Below, one piece after another: positions 22,642 to 30,268 of a DNA stretch of 64,000 nucleotides; the first letter of the stretch is position 1; each line of letters starts with the position of its first letter. The stretch comes from Candidatus Woesearchaeota archaeon (lineage in GTDB: Archaea; Nanobdellota; Nanobdellia; Woesearchaeales; GW2011-AR9), in NCBI GenBank assembly GCA_018696595.1, contig JABHQW010000003.1:192001-256000 (forward strand), read 5' to 3'. The position numbers and the translations under genes are program-made. Under the pieces are notes generated by a model. That model was given only the letters and a program-made list of their open reading frames with translations. It was not told where the DNA came from and ran no database searches.

Positions 22642-23715
22642 ATGGCAGAAGGAATAGTAGCAATTATTGTAGCAGGGATTATAGGGTTCCGATTATGGTC
22701 CCATTATAACCGCAATGGTCGGAATAAAATAGATCGAAAATCTAGGGAGAATCAACAGACATACCAGAACCATACTTATACAACTGCATATGAGACCGCA
22801 AATTCACATAAACACATACAACAAGAAAATATTAAACTGATCAGAGGAATTAACTTCCAAAGATTTAAAAAAATCAAGTATGTTCCAAAAGAAAGAGATT
22901 ATTTCTCAGATTTAGAAGAATTAATTAAATTAGGAATCACCCCTCACATCTTTGTTGAGTCTTTAATGGCCGTTCATTTAGAAGGGAGAAAAGCCAGTTG
23001 CTGTTTTTCAGATCAGATAAATTTTCAGTCTTCAATCGAACAATTAGAACTAATTGCTAAAAAAATAAAAGAGGACTATAACATTTTCATGGATGCGATT
23101 GCAATTCCCTTTGGTAAAGGATGTATGATGCTTTTCTTTTTCTTCAAAGACATCAAAGAATATAAAAGAATAGAGAAGTTACAAAAAATTAGTGAGAACC
23201 CAGATATATCCCTCGAAAAAATCTTCAAAAACCCAGAATTAGTGAAATTATGGGGAGAAATATTAGATTATCCAAAATGTTGTGTTGATTTCTGTGTTGA
23301 AACAAGGAAAGGCAATAAAGATATAGAAAAAGAATGTTCTGAAATGTTAAAATCCATCCAAGAATATAAGAAAGTTGACAAAAGTAAGATTAAAAAAGAT
23401 GAAAAAGATAACGATAAGAAAGAATTATCTATTCCAGAGAAAGTTTTGACAAATTACTTTGCTTACGAATTTTATCCTTGTAATCCTAACTGTAAAGAAG
23501 CCAAGAGAATTGGAGATGAAATTAAGAAAAGATTTAGTGAAAAAGATAAAAATCTTGCTACAGCATTTCAAATCAACTCAGAATTTAACAGCCGTAAAGT
23601 GCTAAATCTCTGTACTGATCCAAAAATGGAAAAATTCCAGAACATGATGAAAGACAGAATTATTCATCGTTTATTTTCTGTTCATCATGAAGCTAAAAAA
23701 CTTAAAACCAAATAA
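22642..23715 (+). CDS. Membrane-anchored protein with DUF483-like Cys motifs
   Basis: N-terminal TM; WGEILDYPKCCVDF and FYPCNPNCKEA resemble DUF483 G-x-x-L-G-Y-P-x-C-C and PC-x-x-x-C. Confidence 0.6.
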   Translation: MAEGIVAIIVAGIIGFRLWSHYNRNGRNKIDRKSRENQQTYQNHTYTTAYETANSHKHIQQENIKLIRGINFQRFKKIKYVPKERDYFSDLEELIKLGITPHIFVESLMAVHLEGRKASCCFSDQINFQSSIEQLELIAKKIKEDYNIFMDAIAIPFGKGCMMLFFFFKDIKEYKRIEKLQKISENPDISLEKIFKNPELVKLWGEILDYPKCCVDFCVETRKGNKDIEKECSEMLKSIQEYKKVDKSKIKKDEKDNDKKELSIPEKVLTNYFAYEFYPCNPNCKEAKRIGDEIKKRFSEKDKNLATAFQINSEFNSRKVLNLCTDPKMEKFQNMMKDRIIHRLFSVHHEAKKLKTK

Positions 23716-23837
23716 TTCATTTTTCCAATACATAATAAAAAGCAAAGCTTTTTGGGATGTCCTGGAAAATATTTCTTTTTCCAATAGATTTAAGTAACAG
23801 TAAACATTTCTCAAATTCAGTTAAAAGAGGTCAATAA

Positions 23838-24818
23838 ATGTTAGAAATCTTGTTTGTTGTTTTAATGATTATAGTAAGTTTATTTGTATTAGTCAAAGGA
23901 GCAAATTATTTGGTTGATGGTTCTGCAGACTTAGCCAGGTTGTTAAAAATATCACCAATACTTGTTGGTTTAACAATAGTGGCTTTTGGAACTTCATTGC
24001 CAGAATTCATTGTAAGTTTATTCTCGGTCCTAGCAGGTAAAGCAGATATTTCTATGGGAAATATTATTGGAAGTAACATTGCTAACATTGCTTTAGTTAT
24101 TGGTGTTTGTGCAATCATAACCAAACTTAAAGTAAAATCGAAAACATTAATCAACGAATATCCATTTATGATTATTTCTAGTTTCTTATTATTAATTCTT
24201 GCTAGCGATATGTTTATTTTTGGAAGAAATGAGTTTACACTAGGCAGAATTGATGGAGCAATTCTGTTAACAATATTCTTATTCTTTATGTATTACATTT
24301 TCCGTTCAATGAAGAGCTCTAAAAAAGAAGTTAAAAAAGAATTTAGAGAAGAGTTTCAACACCAAAATCCCACCTGGAAAAATACTTTGATGATAGTTGG
24401 TGGTATTGTTGCTTTAATGGTTGGAGGAAAACTATTTATTCTCTATGCCTCAGAATTATCTGTTATTGCTGGTTTAAGCGACTCTTTTATTGGTTTAGTA
24501 ATTGCCGCCTTAGGAACCTCCTTACCAGAATTAGCCACATCAGGAATAGCAGCCTGGAAAAAACAAGGTGATATTGCTATAGGAAACATCGTAGGTAGCA
24601 ACATATTTAATATTTTGTTTGTATTAGGAACAATAAGTTTGATTAAACCCATCAACGTCAATCCAGCAATATTACAGATTGATGCCATGATTATGTTATT
24701 TGTAATGGGCTTATTTTTAGTATTTTCAACTTACGGCAGGAATATTGTTAGAAAAGAAGGTATTATTTTAATAACAATTTATATACTTTACATCATATCT
24801 TTGATATGGAGAGGATAA
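23838..24818 (+). CDS. Calcium/sodium antiporter (YrbG/CaCA family)
   Basis: Duplicated alpha repeats GTSLPE...GNIIGSNI and GTSLPE...GNIVGSNIFN. Confidence 0.95.
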   Translation: MLEILFVVLMIIVSLFVLVKGANYLVDGSADLARLLKISPILVGLTIVAFGTSLPEFIVSLFSVLAGKADISMGNIIGSNIANIALVIGVCAIITKLKVKSKTLINEYPFMIISSFLLLILASDMFIFGRNEFTLGRIDGAILLTIFLFFMYYIFRSMKSSKKEVKKEFREEFQHQNPTWKNTLMIVGGIVALMVGGKLFILYASELSVIAGLSDSFIGLVIAALGTSLPELATSGIAAWKKQGDIAIGNIVGSNIFNILFVLGTISLIKPINVNPAILQIDAMIMLFVMGLFLVFSTYGRNIVRKEGIILITIYILYIISLIWRG

Positions 24819-24825
24819 ATGATAA

Positions 24826-26751
24826 ATGAAATATAAAACATTCACATTAGACAAGTTTCAAGAAGATTCTATTAATGCTATTGAAAACAATTATTCAGTA
24901 GTTGTTTCTGCCCCTACAGGAAGCGGAAAAACCTTAATTGCGGAATATATTATTGATAAACATAAAGATGATGATAAAAGAATAATTTATACAGCACCAA
25001 TTAAAGCGCTTTCTAACCAAAAGTATAGAGATTTTTCTAAAGAGTATGGTGAACAAAAAGTTGGTCTCATGACAGGAGACATAGTAATTAATCCTCATGC
25101 TAAGATTCTAATTATGACTACCGAAGTTTACAGAAATATGGCTGTATCTCAAGATGGAGAATTAGCTAATGTTGCTTATGTAATCTTTGATGAAATCCAT
25201 TATATTAATGACCCAGAAAGAGGTTATGTTTGGGAAGAATCAATAATTTATAGTTTAGAAACTGTTCGGTTCTTATGTTTAAGTGCTACAATTCCTAACG
25301 CGGTAGAGTTTAGTAACTGGATCCAAGCCATTAAGAAACACGAAGTTAAAACTGTTAAAGCAACGAAAAGAAATGTTCCGTTAGAAAAATCATTTTATGA
25401 TTATGAACTTGGGATTACAACACTTGAAAAAATTAGACAAGCCAAACAGATTCCTAATGTTCAGAAAAGTCATGGTAAAAAGAAATGGCGTAGAAAACGT
25501 GAGCCAACACCAAGCCATGTAGAATTAATTAGAGAATTGGGAAAAGATAAAACGCCTTGCTTGTTTTTTCATTTCTCTCGAAGATTATGTCAAGAAAATG
25601 CTTTAGAATTATCTAGAAAGAACTTATTTCAAAAAAATCCTGAAATTATGAGTTTTGTTAATGAAAAATTAAGAACTGCCCCGTTTGAAATCAACAAACT
25701 AAAATCAACGCAGACTTTAAAAGAAACTTTACAGCAAGGGATTGGGTTTCATCATGCTGGATTATTACCAATATTAAAAGAGATTGTTGAAGAGTTATTC
25801 ACAGCAGGAAAGATTAATGTCCTTTACGTCACAGAAACATTTGCAGTAGGAATTAATATGCCCGCTAAAACTGTTTGTTTTTATTCATTGCGAAAATATG
25901 ATGGTAGAAGTTTTCGGAATCTAAACACAAAAGAATATTTCCAGATTGCTGGGCGTGCTGGTCGGCGTGGAATTGATAAGATTGGTTACGTTGTGACAAT
26001 GATTAGCCGTAATGGGTTCAACTATAATGAAATTAGATCTGTAACAGATAAAGACATGGCACCAATCCAATCCCAGTTTAAGTTATCTATCAATAGTGTG
26101 CTTAACCTAATTGAGAGACACACACCAGTAGAAATTGAAAAAATTTTACGTTTAAGTTTTTTCTCTTATCAGAAATTTGGTAGAAAATATGCAGACATAC
26201 CCGCAAAAGTATTAATGGCCAGATATAACAGTGTTGTAAGAAAATTGAATAAATATAAATATATTGTAGATGGAAAGTTAACAGGTAAAGGATACTTCTC
26301 TTCCAAAATTTATGCTGATGAAATTGCTATGGGAGAAATATTTGCAACTGACTTTGTTAAGAATATTGATGAGTATCAAATTTTATTATTGTTAGCTGCT
26401 TTAGTTTATGAACATCGAGAAACAACTGAGTTCAAACGTGAATTTAAGAGTGAGAAACAAAAAGAATTATGGAAACTGCTAATTAATAATGAATTCTTGA
26501 AAAGGGAAAAGAAATTTGACAATCTTAACAAAGTTGGTGTGTTTATTCACCCAGTTTATAATGGTAAGACCTTTTTTGAAGTAATCAATTTAACCAACTT
26601 ACAAGAAGGAGACATTATTAGAATTTATGCCCAGATCCTTGATCGAATTGGACAGATTAAAAAAGCTGCAACAGATTCTGAAGTAATTACAAAAATGGAA
26701 AACTGTCAAGGAATTATCCAGAAAGTCTTAGAAGGCATTTGGCTTGTTTAG
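24826..26751 (+). CDS. Ski2/HelY-like SF2 RNA helicase
   Basis: APTGSGKT, PIKALSNQK, DEIH, LSAT, GFHHAG, TFAVGINMPA and QIAGRAGRRGID motifs. Confidence 0.93.
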   Translation: MKYKTFTLDKFQEDSINAIENNYSVVVSAPTGSGKTLIAEYIIDKHKDDDKRIIYTAPIKALSNQKYRDFSKEYGEQKVGLMTGDIVINPHAKILIMTTEVYRNMAVSQDGELANVAYVIFDEIHYINDPERGYVWEESIIYSLETVRFLCLSATIPNAVEFSNWIQAIKKHEVKTVKATKRNVPLEKSFYDYELGITTLEKIRQAKQIPNVQKSHGKKKWRRKREPTPSHVELIRELGKDKTPCLFFHFSRRLCQENALELSRKNLFQKNPEIMSFVNEKLRTAPFEINKLKSTQTLKETLQQGIGFHHAGLLPILKEIVEELFTAGKINVLYVTETFAVGINMPAKTVCFYSLRKYDGRSFRNLNTKEYFQIAGRAGRRGIDKIGYVVTMISRNGFNYNEIRSVTDKDMAPIQSQFKLSINSVLNLIERHTPVEIEKILRLSFFSYQKFGRKYADIPAKVLMARYNSVVRKLNKYKYIVDGKLTGKGYFSSKIYADEIAMGEIFATDFVKNIDEYQILLLLAALVYEHRETTEFKREFKSEKQKELWKLLINNEFLKREKKFDNLNKVGVFIHPVYNGKTFFEVINLTNLQEGDIIRIYAQILDRIGQIKKAATDSEVITKMENCQGIIQKVLEGIWLV

Positions 26752-26788
26752 AGAAATCTTTATATAACCATAAAAAATAGTTCTTTGT

Positions 26789-27319
26789 ATGGGAGAAAGT
26801 CTTGGAACGCCAAGAGCGATTATTCGTTATAGTGGACTATTTGATTTTGACGGCTTTTATGCTGCCGTAATAGATTGGGGTAAAAACCATGGTTATATGT
26901 GGCACGAAATTGATTACAAACATAAAGTTCCTAGTCCTAGTGGAGCGGAACAAGAATGGAAATGGCGGTTAATGAAAGACGTTAATGACTTTATTAATTA
27001 TGATATACAATTTATCATCCATGCTTATGATTTGCTTGATGTTGAAGTGGAAGTTGAAGGTCGGAAAAAAAACCTTACCAAAGGCAGACTTTATATTTGG
27101 ATTAATGGTACAGTAACTTACGATTGGCAAAGTAAGTTTGGCGGTGGAAAATTTGCCAAATGGTTAGGAGCATTTTATGCCAAGAGAATGAACCCAGAAA
27201 TTGCTGGATATTGGGACACGTTATATTATAGAATCTGGAGTTTACAAACAATCATTAAAAAGTATTTCCAAATGCAAACCACCAAGCATCCATATAAAGA
27301 ATATTTAAAAGAAGATTAA
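26789..27319 (+). CDS. Conserved-looking hypothetical protein
   Basis: 176-aa ORF; TTTATATA exactly 30 nt upstream. Confidence 0.7.
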   Translation: MGESLGTPRAIIRYSGLFDFDGFYAAVIDWGKNHGYMWHEIDYKHKVPSPSGAEQEWKWRLMKDVNDFINYDIQFIIHAYDLLDVEVEVEGRKKNLTKGRLYIWINGTVTYDWQSKFGGGKFAKWLGAFYAKRMNPEIAGYWDTLYYRIWSLQTIIKKYFQMQTTKHPYKEYLKED

Positions 27320-27356
27320 TTGTTTCTAAATTTTTTGTCCGAAGTAATTTCTTTTT

Positions 27357-27436
27357 GTATACTAAAGCCCCGGTGTGTAGTTTACACCGAGGTGGGTACT
27401 CTATAAGAGTACGATGTCCGCCGTGCTTTAGTATAC
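27357..27436 (+). ncRNA. Candidate three-way-junction structured RNA/DNA element
   Basis: 12-bp perfect closing stem GTATACTAAAGC/GCTTTAGTATAC plus two GC-rich hairpins; G-U pairs favour the plus strand. Confidence 0.45.
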
Positions 27437-27495
27437 TAATAAATTTAATTTTAGATAAAGATCATTTTTAATAATATCAATAAAATAGAAATATT

Positions 27496-27597
27496 ACTAG
27501 ACAAGATCTTACGATCAAAGGAAGTTTAACAGTCCCCGAAGGACTAACCAATTGGATTTTCTAAGCTCAACTCCCGTGTTTTCGTATCTTATCTAGC
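27496..27597 (-). ncRNA. Candidate ~102-nt small RNA with its own promoter
   Basis: 11-bp terminal stem CUAGAUAAGAU/AUCUUGUCUAG with internal helices; ATTATATA box 30 nt upstream; U-rich tail. Confidence 0.55.
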
Positions 27598-27685
27598 ATA
27601 ATCTAAGAAAGTAAGAATCTATATAATATTTTCTTACCACTATACTTCAGTAAATTTTATATAAAATCAACAGAATTAAAGGAAA

Positions 27686-28438
27686 ATGACATTATATTTA
27701 ATTGGGATTGGACTAAGTACAGAAAAAGACATCACAGTTAAAGGATTAGAAATTGTTAAGAAATGTGATAAAGTTTACTTAGAAAGTTATACTTCACTAT
27801 TACAATGTTCTGTTAAGGATTTGGAACAGTTTTATGATCAAGAAATTATTATTGCAAACCGAGAAATGACTGAACAAGGAGATGAAAAAATTATTTCTGA
27901 AGCTAAAAAAAAAGATGTTGCTTTCTTAATTATTGGCGACGTTTTTTCTGCTACAACCCACGTTCAGCTGTTTAAATTGGCTAAAGAAAATAATGTTAAA
28001 GTTGAAGTAATTAATAATGCTTCAGTATTAAATTCTGTAGGGATTACTGGATTAGAATTATACAAATTTGGTAAAATCACTTCTATCCCTTTTATTGAAG
28101 ACCATCCTCAGTTAGAAACACCTTATAACGTTTTGAAGGAGAATGGCGATATGCACACTTTGTTTTTACTTGATTTAAAGCCCGCTGAGAATAAGTTTAT
28201 GACCATTAATGTTGCACTAGAGATTCTGGAAAAAATCGAATCACGGAAGAAAGAAGGGTTAATTAACGATGATTTGTTAGTTGTTGGTTGCGCTCGTCTT
28301 GGATGTGATGGTTTTATTGTTAAAGCAGGTAAGTTATCTGAAATTCGGGCGTTCGATTTTGGTGCACCGTTACATTGTTTAATCATTCCAGGCAAGATGC
28401 ATTTTATTGAAAAAGAAATGTTAGAGTTATGGAAGTAA
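27686..28438 (+). CDS. dph5: Diphthine synthase
   Basis: LYLIGIGL...DITVKG, VYLESYTS, GDVFSATTH, LELYKFG, HTLFLLD and PLHCLIIPG-x-MHF-x-E motifs. Confidence 0.96.
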   Translation: MTLYLIGIGLSTEKDITVKGLEIVKKCDKVYLESYTSLLQCSVKDLEQFYDQEIIIANREMTEQGDEKIISEAKKKDVAFLIIGDVFSATTHVQLFKLAKENNVKVEVINNASVLNSVGITGLELYKFGKITSIPFIEDHPQLETPYNVLKENGDMHTLFLLDLKPAENKFMTINVALEILEKIESRKKEGLINDDLLVVGCARLGCDGFIVKAGKLSEIRAFDFGAPLHCLIIPGKMHFIEKEMLELWK

Positions 28439-28454
28439 TAAGTAAAGAAAAAAA

Positions 28455-28784
28455 TTAATAAAAAGCACAAGGCCACATAGATGCTTCAGCTTTAATCTGA
28501 TCTTCAATTTGTAAATTTTCATCACCATTTTCTTTTTCTTTTTTAAGCGCATCTTTTATTTTTTCTCTACGATTCACAAAATAATTCATTATCTCGGGTG
28601 TATAACCCATTTTTTTTAACGGGATAATATAAGGTTTATCTCCACGAGCAGCTCTAGATGCATCTAATTCTTCTTGGTTTCTAAAATTTCCTTCTCCAAC
28701 AATATAAATAGTTGATTGCTTTGCAACTTCTTCTAAAACCGGTTTATCTCCATTAACTTTAACATTTTTATCATGATTTGTCAT
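28455..28784 (-). CDS. Orphan hypothetical protein
   Basis: 109-aa ORF with upstream BRE/TATA-like motif TTCTAGAAAACATTTATAA. Confidence 0.6.
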   Translation of the reverse strand: MTNHDKNVKVNGDKPVLEEVAKQSTIYIVGEGNFRNQEELDASRAARGDKPYIIPLKKMGYTPEIMNYFVNRREKIKDALKKEKENGDENLQIEDQIKAEASMWPCAFY

Positions 28785-28924
28785 TTTAAATTATCTCCAA
28801 ACACCAACAAACTACCTAGAACCTCTAATATTAGTACAATTCTGAGAGCTATTTATAAATGTTTTCTAGAAAATATATGTTCTAGTAAATAAAGTAATTA
28901 AAAGTAAGAAATTATTGATTAATT

Positions 28925-29269
28925 GTGCAAGAAAAGACTATCTTAAAAACATCTTTAATCGTTGTTTTAGTAGGTTTAGCATTTCTATTTTTCTATGCAG
29001 AAGAGATTGATTTGAAAGCGATAAATAATGTTGATGAAAGTAATTCAGGAGAATCAATAAAGTTAACGGGCACTATTAGTAAATTAACTACAAGTGATAA
29101 AGTTGCTTTTATTGAATTGGAAGGCCAGCAAACTATTAAAACGGATGTAATTCTATTTAGTAGCGAGAATGTTTATTTGCAAGAGGGAGATTACGTAGAA
29201 ATCTACGGCACTGTTGAAGAATATAATTCTGAAAAAGAGATTATCGCCAGTAAGATAGTTAAGAAATAA
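28925..29269 (+). CDS. Membrane-anchored OB-fold protein
   Basis: N-terminal TM helix; I-K-L-x-G-x-I...GDYVEIYGTVEEYN...EI-x-A OB-fold pattern. Confidence 0.8.
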   Translation: MQEKTILKTSLIVVLVGLAFLFFYAEEIDLKAINNVDESNSGESIKLTGTISKLTTSDKVAFIELEGQQTIKTDVILFSSENVYLQEGDYVEIYGTVEEYNSEKEIIASKIVKK

Positions 29270-29278
29270 AAGAAAAAA

Positions 29279-30268
29279 TTATTGGGCTTTAGATTTCAGC
29301 TCACCAAAAGCCTTATTAATTTCTTGATCTGTCCAACCAGTATTATGTTTAAGAATTTCTCTTACACCTTCGTCAGAAGTACCCATTCTTTTTTCCTCAT
29401 GAATCCAAGTCTTCAATTCATCAAAATTGTAAGCTTTCCTATGCGGATGAACAAAATGTACAACCACTAAGATTAAAACTATGATAAAAGATAGTACTGA
29501 AGGAATCCCAATGATATAAGTTTTATATTGGTTCCAATAATTCCAATAAGATGATGTTGGTTGTTGTATTTGTGGTTCTACTGCTGGAGGAGGTAAATCT
29601 GGTTCGATTTTTTGTGGTTGCGGACCAGGGACAGTAATTTGATTACAATTCTTTTGCAATAATGGTTTCTTGAATGTAGTGCCACAAGAATGGTCGTCTA
29701 CACAAGTTCTTTTCTGTACTCCGTTACTACAATCGTTCCATAACGAACAGAACCAGGATTCTTTACATTCTTCACAAGATTGAACTTCTTTTTTAGGTTT
29801 ATCACAACCGTTTTTATCTGTACAAGTTCTACTTTGTTCTAAAGTTGCATTACACAATGACCAAGTGCCACATTCCCACTTTGAAGAACAATAGTTTATA
29901 TTGCCACCGCCTGGAGATGGTGTTGTTGTAATGGGAGGCACTGTATAACAACCAGGAGAATCTACACAGAAAAATTGTTCAGTATTACCGTTAGCACAAT
30001 TCACTTTAATTTTATATTTTCCTGCGTTTAGATTAGAATTAGTATTATAAGAAGTCACCCAACTATTTTCTCCACTTTTAATATCTACTAACTCATCTGC
30101 AGAATCTAAAAAAACTTTAAGAACAGAATTCCCTGTACATTCAGCAACTGTTAATTGTACATTTTCAGGATGAGAATAATCCGTTTTATCAGTTGTTACA
30201 GTTACTGCTAAAGCTAAACTCATGCAAAGAATAAAAGTTAAAAAGTAGATTATCTTCTTCATTTTCAT
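29279..30268 (-). CDS. Secreted, C-terminally anchored protein with TSP1-like WxCxxWSxC repeats
   Basis: Signal peptide; WECGTWSLC...QSRTCTD and WFCSLWNDC...QKRTCVD; C-terminal TM and short helical tail. Confidence 0.8.
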   Translation of the reverse strand: MKMKKIIYFLTFILCMSLALAVTVTTDKTDYSHPENVQLTVAECTGNSVLKVFLDSADELVDIKSGENSWVTSYNTNSNLNAGKYKIKVNCANGNTEQFFCVDSPGCYTVPPITTTPSPGGGNINYCSSKWECGTWSLCNATLEQSRTCTDKNGCDKPKKEVQSCEECKESWFCSLWNDCSNGVQKRTCVDDHSCGTTFKKPLLQKNCNQITVPGPQPQKIEPDLPPPAVEPQIQQPTSSYWNYWNQYKTYIIGIPSVLSFIIVLILVVVHFVHPHRKAYNFDELKTWIHEEKRMGTSDEGVREILKHNTGWTDQEINKAFGELKSKAQ

